A DNA stretch of 64,000 bases from Lama glama (Eukaryota), in NCBI GenBank assembly GCA_028534125.1, contig CM052816.1:19656001-19720000 (forward strand), in the 5' to 3' direction. The translations under genes were made by a program, and so were the position numbers. The notes below the pieces were generated by a model. That model saw only the letters and a list, made by a program, of their open reading frames with translations. It did not search any database and had not been told where the DNA came from. Shown one piece after another: positions 13,216 to 26,716 of the stretch. The stretch's first letter is position 1; each line of letters starts with the position of its first letter.

Positions 13216-14629
13216 CTATGTAAGTTAACAACATATAATGGTAAAACTGAAAGGATTAAGTTTAATACACTTATTAAAGTATATTTAATATATGTGCATT
13301 TGGCTGTTTTCTTAATGTACGAATTTATAAATAATTGAATATAGACTAAATATACTTTGATTCTGAGTTCCATTCAATTTCCCTCCAGAATGGCACTCAG
13401 TATTTTTTACTTTTACAGCTACAATCATTGTGATTTTTCTTTTCCTATCTTCTAATATCCTCTTTGTCTTAATTCTTGGGAAGTTGTTTCCTAAAATTAT
13501 TTGAAAGGAGGATAAAAACTCATTAAATGCCAATTACTTTCTTAAATGCAAGACTAAACTTTGTCTTAAATTTCACAATGATACAAGGATAGTAACATAT
13601 GACATATGAAATGTACAGACTGGCTGCCTCTAGAAGGCTCTGGTAAAAATACTTCAAAGGTTAAAGCCTAAAGGTTTGGTGAGTTTCAATAATTAATAAG
13701 ACCTCCTGGGAACATCAATTGCCTACTGCTCATAATACACTAGTGCTCGAAGACCATTTTCTAAATTATCATTGCATCTGTCTTCCCAGTAGCTGTTTAA
13801 AAATTCAAATTCCGATATATGCTGAAGGGTCACCACAGCTTATGAAATGGTATGGGCTGCATATGAAAGTGACTTCAACCTTTACAATTTAATTTCATAT
13901 ATTGAAGCACATATTTATAAGATTTTAAAGGTATACTAAACACTATACATACACGCATTTTCTGAATTATTCTGGAGTAAAAAGAATGTTCTTTTCCTAC
14001 CCTCACTTTACTCTACACCTAAAAAAACACATATAAACAATAAAAATGATTTTTAAAAATATCTCAAGTTCCTCCATTCCCCAATGTTTAATGAAATTTC
14101 CTTCTAAACAGAGACCTAATTTTCAATGTGGATATTGGCATACCCTTTTTTCCTCTCTAATCCTAATATAATGTTATTAGTTAGGTAATATTCCTCAAAT
14201 ATAAACTATGAAAGAGTTACTAAGAGAGATTTCCTCCTCCTCAATTACTGAGAAAACTACATTCAACTAACCTTCTAGCACTGCCCACCTCCCTTCATAT
14301 AGCAGTGAATGAAGCTAATGGCAGCTACTCTGTAGACTTATTTTCTTTCACCCTAGAGAAAAGGCATGGGAAAATTTCTAAATAAAAAATTTCTTAAATT
14401 ATAGGCTTAAATAATACCATGAAATATTATGCCAGTTATTATACATTTAATATAATAAATGTAACCAAGTGGTACAAAATAGTATCACTTTTTTTGCTTA
14501 AGTATATAATTATTTATATGTAAGTATAAATGCCCAGAAAAAAGCTAACAGACGTTTATCTCTGTGTGGAAAGATTACAAGTAAATAAGACATGGTTTGT
14601 TTGTTTGTTTTTAATTTTTTTGTATGTTT

Positions 14630-14752
14630 TGGGGCGAGGTAATTAGGTCTATCTATCTATCTACCTATCTAATGGAGGTACTGGGGATAAACCCAGGATC
14701 TTGTCCATACTAAGCATGTGTTTTACCACTGAGCTATATATACCCTTCCCCC
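14630..14752 (-). mobile_element. tRNA-derived SINE (Vic-1-like)
   Basis: Same consensus with internal (TCTA)n. Confidence 0.82.
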
Positions 14753-14873
14753 ATGACTGTTAATTCTTAAAGGACAAGGTTTTTTTTTTAAACTTCACAT
14801 TTGTGTTGTCTGATTTCCCTACAATGCATGTAGAAATGTTTAAATGTTTAAAACAAAACAACACAAAACATAC

Positions 14874-15000
14874 CATCATTGACTCGGTAACATAAGTTAC
14901 ATTTCCATCTTCTTTGATCAAGAAAGCTGACAAAAGGGTTGATGTATGTCCTGCAGGAACGGCATCTCACAATTGTACTGGAGGTAACCACAGGCAATTG
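14874..15000 (-). CDS. SEC24A: SEC24A exon 8 (Sec23/Sec24 zinc finger)
   Basis: Acceptor tttcag|CA, donor ATG|GTATGT; 127 nt; QLPVVTSSTIVRCRSCRTYINPFVSFLDQRRWKCNLCYRVND with two CxxC motifs. Confidence 0.97.
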
Positions 15001-16084
15001 CTGAAAAAAACAGAACTAATTTATTAAAGGCAGTGCTCATCATGCCTAAAGTTCAAGTAATTAATCCATAACGTCCAAATAATTGTTGGGATATTGTAAC
15101 ACTGGAGAAAAAAAAACAAGGTAGAAAATGTGTCTCCCCCTCAAAAAAAAAAAAAGAAAAAGAAAAGAAAAAACAGTAAAAAGGAAAAAGAAACAAACAA
15201 AAAAAAGTGTCCATATCACCCCACAAAAAATTATGCAAATTTGTTGATTTTTTAACCCCAGTGATTTTCCTTAGGACCATTCTCATTAAATTTTCCCTTT
15301 TAAAAAGTACTTATCTTCTTATTAAAAATTAAAATTGCAAAAACAACATAGTAAATTTACATGTATCTTTGAGATGAATGGCAAAGGAAGGATCAATCTA
15401 AAAAAATGACCAATTAATTAGGAAGTTTCTTCATGCTACATTAACAGGTCACTAAGTTCTCATGAAAGAACTGTCACAAAGTAAAATATAGTTAAATTAT
15501 ATTTAAATATTCAATATGCTCCTATTTATAGCTTATCCTATATAATAAAAGATCTAAAGTATTAAAATTTTTAAAAAGGCAATACAATCCTATCACCAAA
15601 AGGAGGTTTGTTACGGGTAAGTCACTTATGTACTGATCTTCTCAGAAGTACGTGGTCACATGTCAAGGACCCAGAGTCTTAGGACAATAGTAGAGGGGCT
15701 TCTTCTTTTTTTTCCCTTCTTCTTTTTGTTTTTTCTTTTTGAAACAGCTTCTTAAAGCAACAGATTTTACTCCAAGAATTGTAGAACTGGGAAATTGGGT
15801 AAAGTCGTTTAATGAGTAAACAATTTACAACTTTTTAATATAGTATGGTTCATTTATTTTTTTTCAGTACCTCTATTCTGTTCAGTACCTCTTAAATTAT
15901 TCAATGTTTATTTTATCTCATTGTGAAAGTGTTTAGTAATCAAATTTCTGGTTGAAATACAAATAAAGGAATCTGTTAATGGTCAAATTCCGAAAGATAG
16001 CTCAAATTATTGCACTAATGTAGAAAATTCCTCATCACCAAGATAATATCCCAGAAGACATTTACTTTCACTATTAAAACATAC

Positions 16085-16187
16085 CACTAGGTCTTTAAAA
16101 GGATGAAGTAGCAGTCCCAAAGGAAGTTTGGCTTTATTCAGTAAGGCCTGAGTCTGAGGGATGCTAGTCAGCGTGCATCGAAATAAC
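16085..16187 (-). CDS. SEC24A: SEC24A exon 7
   Basis: Acceptor tag|GT, donor GTG|GTATGT; 103 nt; ELFRCTLTSIPQTQALLNKAKLPLGLLLHPFKDLV. Confidence 0.95.
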
Positions 16188-17011
16188 CTATACCAAAGTA
16201 AAAATCGTGTCAGTTGTTACTACGATTTCTTTTGGATCAAAAAAAAAAAAAAAAAGACTTAACAGGTATACATTTTAACATTGGGTCACATTATTAATGA
16301 AATAGTTCAATAGGTCCTCACAAATTTTATCCTTTTTAAATATTTAAATCCTTTTTGGAAAGAAAGGGTGCATGGTAATAGCCCTGTTTTATATAATTAA
16401 AAGTCTCTTCTAAGCTTGTGTATAAAATAGTCCAGACTATCAAACAACTTATTTTTCTTTAAGTAAATCTAGATTGCACTGGAATTACAAGGTGATGGCC
16501 CAAATTTGTAAGTGCAAAGTTAAGTTTATTACTGAAAAGCTCAGTTTTGCTGAAGGTTCTAAAAAGACTACTTAAAAATAAAATTCAATTTATCAGAAAG
16601 TCTTCATATACACTTAAACTCACAATCAATTTTAGGAGAGAAAAGAATATTAAAATTACGTTTGGTATGAGAAACAATTTAAAATGAAAGCAGATAAAGA
16701 ATTATAAGATTCAAATCCCTATACTTTGGACTTTGAAGAAATAATGTAGCCACCGTAATGATAATGAATATCATAGTCCCATTAGAGCAGATATGAGCAG
16801 CTATTAGCTCAGGGGTTACAACCCTATTTCTTGACTTAGAACACTTCAAACATCAAGCAAGCAACTAAGCACTGTTTCCTACAGGCAGAACTACTTTCAT
16901 AACAATATATCTGTACAACTTGTCCTAACACATGAAGCTCCAAAAAAAGTGGAAAACTTTTACAACAAGTAGAATGTCATATTTAATAAGAAGCACTGTT
17001 TGAAGCCTTAC

Positions 17012-17184
17012 TCTGGGTTACAGTTGAGTTTCTGGATGTCCTCATGCAAATTTGGAACTGGAGGCTTCAAAGGTGATGATGGAAGCATGTTTCTTTCTTG
17101 AAGGAGATTGATAACTCTTAGCCCCTCTGGATGTAGACTTAATCCACTCATGCTTGCAGTTAAATGATTAGCACCTAAGGGAGT
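17012..17184 (-). CDS. SEC24A: SEC24A exon 6
   Basis: Acceptor cttcag|AC, donor AGA|GTAAGG; 173 nt; TPLGANHLTASMSGLSL...QKLNCNP. Confidence 0.93.
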
Positions 17185-17487
17185 CTGAAGACATTTAATT
17201 TTAAAGTAAGTAGCCTTCAGTTGAAAAGAGAAGAGTATAAGGACTCGGTTACTTAATTTCTCTCTCAATAACAAAACTGTAATCTACTTTCTCTGGTCAA
17301 TTTTTTGGTGTTAGATTACGTAACAGAACAAAAGCCTTATGAAATATTCCTTATCATTATAGTTGGTTAAAAATGTTCATTTTTACCTTCCTAAAACTTT
17401 TTCATTGGAATACAGTTTAAACTAAAAGATAGAATATAGGTTAAAAAAAAAAAAGGAAGAAAGAAAGAAAGAAAATAAAAAGTTTAC

Positions 17488-17648
17488 CTGAGTAAAAGCC
17501 TGTGGCCCACTTGGGTAATTCAAGGAAGAGGGTGGCATTCCCGTTGTACTAGGTGGTGGTGTGTTCTGATAACCAGGTGGCAAGGAGGGATATGAATATC
17601 CAACACTTCTGCTCATTGTGGGATTCTTATTAGTAAGCTGTGGTGTTG
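17488..17648 (-). CDS. SEC24A: SEC24A exon 5
   Basis: Acceptor ttctag|CA, donor CAG|GTAAAC; 161 nt; ATPQLTNKNPTMSRSVGYSYPSLPPGYQ...AFTQ. Confidence 0.94.
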
Positions 17649-18204
17649 CTAGAAACAAGGTAACTTTTAAGTTCTATTTTATACTCCAGAGTACTTTAAA
17701 TCAACACATAGATCCATTACATTATAGAAATTATAACTCCACAATCCTTTGAGTAATTTAATACTTTCACTTATCACTTTGGTAAAATAAGACAAATAAA
17801 CATGAATAACAAAGTAATAGCAATGATTAAAATCTAGCTAATGTGGACTTATAGCTGGAAACACACAAAAATAAGTTTAGTATAGTTGATTTCCTTTCAT
17901 AGCATGTACTAAAGTTTGTATTTAGACTAAAATACTAATTCAAAACAACTTAAAATATACTAACTGTTCAACTGGTTAAATAAATTTAAAGAGATCTAAT
18001 TGATCAAAATACTCTACAGTCATAACACAATAATAATGAAGCCAATAATCCCAATTCTGAATGTAAAAAAGCTAACAAAAGATCTAAAAGCATGGAGATA
18101 AAAAATGCTAACAGATACCACTGCATGACATAATTATGAAGTTTTCTTCTTTGTTTCCTACAAGGAACACATAAAAAAATCAAAAAACTTCCATAGCATC
18201 TCAC

Positions 18205-18282
18205 CCAAGAAGCCACCGCCTTCAATTTCATCATAACTATTGTGAACCACCATAGATCCATTATTAGTATTTGATGGAACAC
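18205..18282 (-). CDS. SEC24A: SEC24A exon 4
   Basis: Acceptor cttag|GT, donor TGG|GTGAGA; 78 nt; GVPSNTNNGSMVVHNSYDEIEGGGFL. Confidence 0.93.
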
Positions 18283-19873
18283 CTAAGAAGGAAGTTTATT
18301 GACAATATTTAAATTAGAACAATTATTACAATTTCTGCAAGATTTGATCTAATGTCTAAAATTTAAAGTAACTTTTGAAATGACAAATAGTATAAACCAC
18401 AGCCCAGGAAAAATATATAATGTGAAAATAAAATTCTCAAACAATGCAAGTTTTTAAATATATAAAATAAAGAATGGTACTTTGTGAAGTTTATAAAGTT
18501 ATATACTATCTGAAAAATTTTAGCAGTTCTGAGAGCAGCATTAAAAAAACCTCTAAGGAGCAGTACACACTAAAAAGAAAGAATCACCAAAATACATGCT
18601 CTTTAAAGACAAAATTATCAGGATAAAAATCTTTTTTTCAAAATATGGAAAAACAGAGTAGAATCTAGAATTAATTTGAAGGTGATACATATTCATTAGA
18701 ACAACTGCACTTAAGTCTAGAGAACAACCACTAAAATGAATAATAAAAATTTATCTCTAGGTACCTCTGCTATTTATTAGCTCTAATTTAGGTACAGAAG
18801 AAACTAAAATCAATGAACAGCATCAACCTCTAGCACATAAGAAGAAAGGTGCTAATTTTAACAGTCATTTTAACACCAAACAGGTAAGTTTAATAGCTTC
18901 AATAAAGTTAGTAACTTCTTTCAAATTCTCAAGACCATCATGACTTTAGCCATGAGTTGATACAGGGGTAAACATTAGTCAAACTATTTATACAAACAAA
19001 CAAACAAACAAATAAAAAGGGCATATTTTTAGTTGGTTAAAAGTTAAAATATTTATTGTAGTTTGATTTTCAAAAATATAATGTGGCAACCAGTGGGACA
19101 TTGCTTTATCATTTTGTTAGTCATTTTTAACACCATTCTTTTCGAATTATTCACAGGTCAGTTTTTTCCCTACTTGCAATACTAAAAAAAGGAAATGCTA
19201 AAAGAAAAAACAAAAACAGTAATATTGATTGTATTGAGTAGTGCGATATAGGCAGTGGTTTTTATCCCTCCTCTTCTGTTTTCCTATTTCAACATCTTGT
19301 TGCAATGGTTATATTTCTGCTAAAATCAAATTTCTAATTTTACAAAATATTGTTTAAATTAATAAACTTATATTTTAAAGTTATATCTAAAGACAATGCT
19401 TTTAAACATTTTATTTATATAAAACATCAAAATGATTGTATATTTAACTTTTTACTTAAGCTCATAAATATTTGTTAATATTTACAATGACAGTGGCAAT
19501 CAAAATACTGCTTCCATGGAAAACAGCCTATATATTAAAAGGATAGCTATAACACCAGGTCCATGTTCCCCTCTCGCCTCCATCTCCCAAAAGGCATCTA
19601 ACTTTTTAGCCATGATTTTTAAATCTGCACAGCAACAACAAAAAAAAGTTAACAGCAGTGATCCCAAAAGCTAGTCTACATTCTAGCATAGGGCAGGGAA
19701 TTCTGAGGAACTTTTTTAAACTCTAAATTCCTAAGGGAATTTAGAATTTCCCTAACCCAAACAACTAGTTTTTCTGAAAAAAATATGATTTGAATGCACA
19801 GAATTCAGATGATATTGATCCTTCCATCCTCAGTCAAAACTTAAGGACTAGACTTGGTTTTTGCCACGCTTAC

Positions 19874-20044
19874 CTTCTTGGTTGCTAGCTGAATTAAACG
19901 AAGGCGGGGGCACAACTTTATGTGATGATTTCTGAGAAGTAAGGGCCCTCACTGGAGGTGGTGCTCCAGTTGGAGGGGGCCCAAGAGGAGCTCCTGGTTG
20001 AAAAGTGGTAGGCAGAGGTGGATTCACTAAGGGGGGTGCAGATC
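19874..20044 (-). CDS. SEC24A: SEC24A exon 3
   Basis: Acceptor ccatag|GA, donor AAG|GTAAGC; 171 nt; GSAPPLVNPPLPTTFQPGAPLGPPP...ASNQE (not in the ORF track). Confidence 0.93.
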
Positions 20045-21076
20045 CTATGGAAACATTGATTTTTCATAGGTCACTTAAGAACTTAAGAAAAAAGGCCAAA
20101 ACAGCCTTTTTCCATATCTAAGTAACTTCCAAATTTATATTTTAATTATAAACTGACAAATTACCAGAAATAAATTAACGTTCCAGATTAATAGCTTTTT
20201 AATTCGTATGCATACTTTATACATTTCCAAGTCTCTCCTACCATAATTCTTACCTGTCAATTAAAGTAGTATAAATATAAAATCAGCTTCAAATCACTTA
20301 CAGAATAGATACAATGCCCTGTTTAATAATTTTTCATTAACTGATCACAGAGTTTCAACAGGCCACATCAAATATTCCAGTAGAAATTAAGATGAATAAA
20401 ATTTTATGAATGCCTATCAATAAGGTCCATTCAATTATCATCAATTAGGTTTAGAGTTAGCTTTCAAAGCATTGTGGGTATTCTAAATTCTCCAAGTTTT
20501 ATTTCATTTTGCTTCACTTTTATTGGGGATATAACCTGTTAAAACTAGATTATAAATTTGTACTCTTTTCAGTGTTTACCTAATAATAATTAAAAGTAGT
20601 TTATTTTCAATATTCACTTAAATACTGTGTTAAGAACATTCCCTAGGCTTAAAAATTAGGCAACAATCCAAAGTTTATGTATAAATCTTATGAAACACTG
20701 CTAACCAAGAGGTTTAAAACTATCCATCAAACTAAACTAAGGATGACATGGTATCTCTTCTTGTATCTACCAGTATCTCACTAACTCAGTTTCACCAATT
20801 TTCTATTAGGACAGTAAGTTCTGACTTGTATAAAAACATTATCAGTTACTCCTGGGGAAATTCTTCTATGTGACATGGAAAATTCTGAAACCCATAACCA
20901 CCTGCTCATTCAAATCAATAATATTGCTTCTACCGTCTCATTTGCCAAAGAGGAGGAACAAAGCAGATAAAATACTGATAAAATTCACGTGATTTAATTT
21001 TTCATTCCAAGGATTTTTATCCTCTGAATTTGTTAGTGAAATAGGTAACTAATTTTACTTATAATATACTCTACCT

Positions 21077-21218
21077 GGGGGGAATATATTATACTCAGTG
21101 GTAGAGTGCATGCCTACCATGCACAAGGTTCTGGGTTCAATCCCCAGTACCTCCGTTAAAAAATAAATAAATAAATAAACCTAATTACCTTATTCCCACC
21201 CTACCCCCAATTTTTAAA
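21077..21218 (+). mobile_element. tRNA-derived SINE (Vic-1-like)
   Basis: A and B boxes; TSD AATATA(C/T)TCTACCT at 21063-21076 and 21219-21232. Confidence 0.87.
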
Positions 21219-22854
21219 AATATATTCTACCTGTATTTTGTAAACTAAAGGAATAAAGATACCTAAACATGAAATTTTTCAATACATTTCCTCAATACTG
21301 TTCAATTCTCCAGGGCCAAACTGAAAAACGATCTCCAACAAGACTGATCAGTGCCCTGTTGTCAAAAGTGAAGACAAAGATTACTGCCATGTAACTCTCT
21401 TATCAAACAAGCACATATACACTCTATGGCAATATGGACAAGTTAAAGGAACAAAAGGGCAAGGTACATTAACAACTCAGCAAGAACAAGAATGTATGAT
21501 ACATCTGGCCACAGAGATGTAACAACCTAATGCTTAACAGAATACAAGTGAGCTTATAGAGATTTTTTCACAGCTTTAAGAGGAATATTCTTGAATCCAA
21601 AACATGCTACATTTCATAAAACAGACATTATTTTTTCAACCTGAATGAGTCTTATTTAGAACACTAATAGCTAGAGTTTCAGAATCTGCCTTCTGAGATC
21701 CCTAAAGTTAATGTAAAGATGCTAAAGGGTGGCCTCTTGGGGAAAAAGTCAGAGAATTTTAATCTGTGAACTAGAAACTTAGAATAACTTGGTTTTGAGA
21801 TCAATCAGACACCTACTATAAATGGTGGGTTAAAAAAACAGAGGTAAAAAAAATGGGGAATTTTTTAAGAGATCTTATTAAGAAAAAAGAAGAGTAGTCA
21901 TACATAAACTAATAAATGAACCTAACAGAAATGTATCTTTTATAGGTAAACCTTATAAGGTTTTAGCACCTGGTTGGTTATGCCTCTTTTACCACATCTG
22001 TGCTGCAATCAAGGTTCTCTAGCTGAAGGCCTGTTATAGCAAAAAAAAATTTCAGATAATTGATCATGTGCATTTTAATGAGAGGCTACACCTACTCTTA
22101 AATAGTTTTTAAATAGTATCTTTTCCCAAACTGTTTTCTTGTGGCTTTGGGCAAATTATTCAAATCTCACACTTCTTATCTGTAAAACATACTGCTGTAA
22201 AAATTGAGTCAGGTTAACATGCATAAAAGTTTGGTAAAGTGCTGGAAAATAACAATAGTCAATAAATGTACCTATAATTCTTAATAATGAAGTGAATATT
22301 CATTAATTTAAAGTGATTAATGCTCACTCAGTGTCAAATGAATAAGAATAAAAGTAACAGAAGGGTTTTGGTTCTAACAACTTTGGGTCAGAAGATAACT
22401 CCAAAGAAACTAAGTTTCTAGAAGCAGCCTTAGTCTAATTTACAAGGTCTCGTTCACAAAATACATTCACCAGGGCCAGCGGATAGTCAAGAAGCTAAGA
22501 AACACAGTTTCATCAGTTAACAAACTACAAAACTGATTAAGTGTATGTAGTATATAGATGCAGAAATACGTATGAATATATAAAAAGGTAACTACTGATA
22601 TTACTATTTCACCTGGAAGCTTTTACTAGCTCATTTCCTTGAGGATGTCTGCTGAGCTGAATCAACCTGCAGATCCCAATACAGAATTTGAAATGCTTTT
22701 CAAAGAAACACTATTAATTTTAATAAGCACATATGACACAAATTTTAATAGCAAAAAAGGAACAGTGAAATAGTTAAATGAAGCTACTTTTGAAATAGAT
22801 ATGACCAAATACTGACGTTAAAAAATAAAATGATCAAAGTCAGTCCAAGAATAC

Positions 22855-23345
22855 ATAGCTTTCTTCCCAAACTCATGTACAAATTCAGCACAATTCCTAT
22901 CAAAATCACAGCTGTCTTTTTTTTTTTTTTGCAAAAATCTACAAGCTGATTCAAAAATTTTTATGGAAATATAAGGGACCCAGAACAGCCAAAACAATCT
23001 TGAAAAAGAAAAAACAGTTCCCAAATTCAAAGCTTACTATGAAGTTACAGTAATCAAGATGTTTGGTCCTGGTATAAAAAGAGACATATAGATCAATGGA
23101 ACAGAATTCAGAGTCCAGAAATAAACCCTACATTTATGATCAAGTGATTTTCAACAGGGTGCCAAGATCATTCAGTGGGAGGAAGAACAGTCTTTCCATC
23201 AAACAGTCCTGGGACAACTATATATTCACATGCACAGAATGAAGTTGAATCCCTACCTAACATCATAAACAAAATTGACCAGACCCATAAACGGAGGAAC
23301 TAAAATTATCAAACTGTTAAGAAAACATAGAGATAAATATCCATG
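22855..23345 (+). mobile_element. Old L1 ORF2 fragment
   Basis: Degenerate ORF2 text (ATAGATCAATGGAACAGAAT...CCAGAAATAAACC). Confidence 0.75.
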
Positions 23346-23848
23346 TGCTGCTTTCTGACCAAAGATGTGCTCAAAAACACTCCTTACTCCAAAAGTATTG
23401 TCTGTTTTCACCTGTCCCTCCAGGATCTGATGGTTTCTGGAGCGAAAAATTGTCTAAGCCATAATAAAAAGATAAGCCAAGCCTCAGATCAAGTCCAAAG
23501 AGACACCACAGGGACTGAGCTTCCCTAGAATACAAGATGGAACCCCATTAATAAAAGTAATGGACAGTCCTTAAAGAAGTGTTCTGCATGCACACCTGAA
23601 ACTCTGAAATACTATGGGTGACTCAAAGAAACTCAGAGGATACCTTCAAAGGAAAGAAGCAAAGCAGGAACAATCCATGGTTTTAAGTTAACTCAAAGGT
23701 TAAAGAAGTAATCTATTTAAAGATTAACAATGATTTTAAAAAATTAATGGCCTTCCATACAATTTTAAGGTTGAAATGTTAATTCAAACATTTAAACAAG
23801 CAAAATTTTCCCATTTCTACATTTTAAGCACTCCTATAAGAACTCTAC

Positions 23849-24331
23849 CTGATTTCATGAAGTTGTTTTGAAGTGAAGTATCTCCAGAAGAAACATACTG
23901 ATGACCTGTCAAATTTGTATTCCCAGACATGGTTGGTTGGGATGACGTACGAGGACAATGGTTTGTCTGTGATGGGTAGTTATATTGCCAATTCAAAGGT
24001 GGTGGTAAGTTGGTTCCAGGAAGAAAGCTACCAGAAGGCATTGGTGTAGCAGCTGGGTTCTGAGAAGTAGGTAGTGGCATTTGGGGAACAGGACCACTAC
24101 GGATTGAAGATGTCATTGGATTAGAAGCCACAGGTGGTCTATAAAGAGTCTGTCCAGGTCCCTGATAATTACTTAATGGAGAAACACTCTGGGAACCACC
24201 ATAGTTAGATTGTTCAGAGACTGGATTCAAAGTCTTTGCTGGTATTAGGTGAGGGTAGGATCCAGGAAGCTGAGAATTATATCCTTGGCTCACTGAGACT
24301 TGTGAAGACATCAGTGCATTTTGGACAGGAC
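23849..24331 (-). CDS. SEC24A: SEC24A exon 2 (Pro/Ser/Gln-rich N-terminal region)
   Basis: Acceptor ggaag|GT, donor CAG|GTAGAG; 483 nt, phase 1-1; GPVQNALMSSQ...NNFMKS. Confidence 0.95.
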
Positions 24332-24409
24332 CTTCCAATGAGAGGAGGAAAAATCAGTCTTAAAAACAAAGCAACACTTAAAAAAAATACAGTAAAACAT
24401 ATGGTGCTT

Positions 24410-25230
24410 TTACAATGCAATAATAAAAAGAAAAATAACCTAATTAAAAATGAGCAAAGGATTTAAACAGACATTTAAATATACTTCCCAAGAGGTAAAC
24501 AAATGGCCAGTAAGCACACATTAAAATGTTCAACACTGTAAGCCAGTAGAGAACTGCAAATCAAAACCACAATGAGATACCACTTATACCAACTAGGATG
24601 GCTAAAATGAAAAAGATGGAAAATAACAAATGTTGACAAGGATGTGGAGAAATTGCACCCTCATACATTGCTAGTGGAAATGTAAAAATGGTGCAACTAC
24701 ACTGGAAAATAATTTGGCAGTCCCTCAAAATGTTAACATAGTTATCATATAATTTAGCAATTCCACTCCTAGTCTGCATAAGAAACTTGTATGCAAACAC
24801 TCATAACATCATTATTTGTAACAGCCAAAAAGTAGAAACCACCCAAATGTCCATCAACTGATAAATATTTGATAACAAAAGGGGTATATCCATACAATCG
24901 AATATTATTTGGCTATAAAAAGGAATGACGTACTGATGACATCGTACAACACAGACGAATCTTGAAAATTTTATGCTAAGTGAAAAGCGTTAGTCACAAA
25001 AGACCATACATTACATAAATTACTTGTATAAAACGTCCAGAATAAGAAAATCCACAGACACAGAGGTAGATTTGTAGTTACAACAGCTGGGAGAAGGAGG
25101 TAATGGGTAGTAACTGCAAATGGGTATGGAGTTTCTTTTTTCAGGTGATAAAAATATTTTAAAACTGATTATAGCAATGGTTGCAAAATTCTGTGAATAC
25201 ACTAAAAATCACAGAATTGTATATTTTAAA
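24410..25230 (+). mobile_element. Old L1 3' region (L1MB-type)
   Basis: CAAATCAAAACCACAATGAGATACCAC...CCCAAATGTCCATCAACTGA and 3' UTR. Confidence 0.8.
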
Positions 25231-26716
25231 GCCATTATTTTAAAAAATCTCTAGAATTACCACTTCTCTACTCAGGAATATGCTATCATTTCTGTCCATA
25301 AAACCAGACTATAAAAAGAAATAAGATGAATATTTTTAAAAAGATATCACTCATACAAACTTAATTTCTTTGGACTTTTTACATTAAAAGATATAAAAAG
25401 AAAATATTTACCTTCTAAGTATACCCCCTCATTCCATACAACCAGTGTACAGTATCATCAGCCTAATCTGAATCCTTTTATAAACTACAGTGTTTATACA
25501 AACATGCATATGCATACACACAGAGAGGTAGGACTGGGTGGCCTACAAAAGCATATACATGTAAATAGTTTGTAGCTGGGAGGAGGGAGTTAGTCTAGGC
25601 ATTGCTCCGTGAAACAAAAAATACAGGTATCCTTTCAGGACAAAAGAAATAGATCCAAATGCGTTAGCTGCAGCACTGTCTATAATAATGAAAATCTCGA
25701 AACGAGTATCAATCAACAGGAAACCGAATAAACAAACTGTAATTAGCCACACAAGGGACTAATTATCAATAAAATGAGTAAACCAGATGTACATCTATCA
25801 ACTGGGATAAACTACAAAGAGAATATTAAAAGAAAAAAGGGAAGTTATAGAGAGAAGATTTCTTATAAACCTTCCTATTATGAAAAATTTCAGACATACA
25901 CAAAATTTAAGACCACTTTATGCAGTCTCCCACACACAAAAAAAGTGAAATGTTAGATTTTGGATTGACATTTTTATGATAGAAAGTTTTTCCACTTAGA
26001 AACATGATATACCTCTCCATTTATTCAAAACTTATTTTGTATCTTCCAATTATATTTCATTTTTTAAATAAAGATGTCTTATACCTTATTTAAATTAACT
26101 TGTTGCTAGTCTATAAATTTTGTAGTCTGTAAGTACTATGAATAGAACATTTACTTTCATTTCTAACTAGTTAAAAGGCTATTATTCAGAGTACCATAAA
26201 TGCCCAATTATAACATAAGATATTCCTCAAAAAATATTTCTCAAAAAAGAAGTCACCTTACATGAGTCTCTACAAAGGTTCTCAATGCACAACAATGCTT
26301 TATTATAGTGGATTAATACTTCTTCAAACAGTGGGTACAATCATTAATGACTTATGAAATCACTGAGTTACAAACTATATTTTTGTAATGAAATAGAAGT
26401 AGTTAAGAATGGAAAATATCACAAGACGTTACATGTAATAAGGGCAAGTACTGTGTGGTTTCATTATAAATATATAAATATATGAATATATATACAATAT
26501 TTCTTATTGTAGATTATAGTGAAAGTCTGAAAGCCATCTGACCAACTGATAACTTTGCATCGTCCCTTATCCCTCTATGATTTATTCCCTACACATCCTA
26601 CTATCTTTTAAAACATGGATCATATCAACTCCCTACTCAAAACTTCCAAAGTCCTTATCTTAGCTTATACATGATCCTCTTCATCCCTGGCTTCCTTTCT
26701 GGTCTCATTTCCTACT

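Noticed and set aside
23400..23560. Plus-strand acceptor-like TTTTCACCTGTCCCTCCAG followed by AATAAA motifs (possible antisense exon)
   Set aside because: Such motifs are common by chance; no partner exon or other support.
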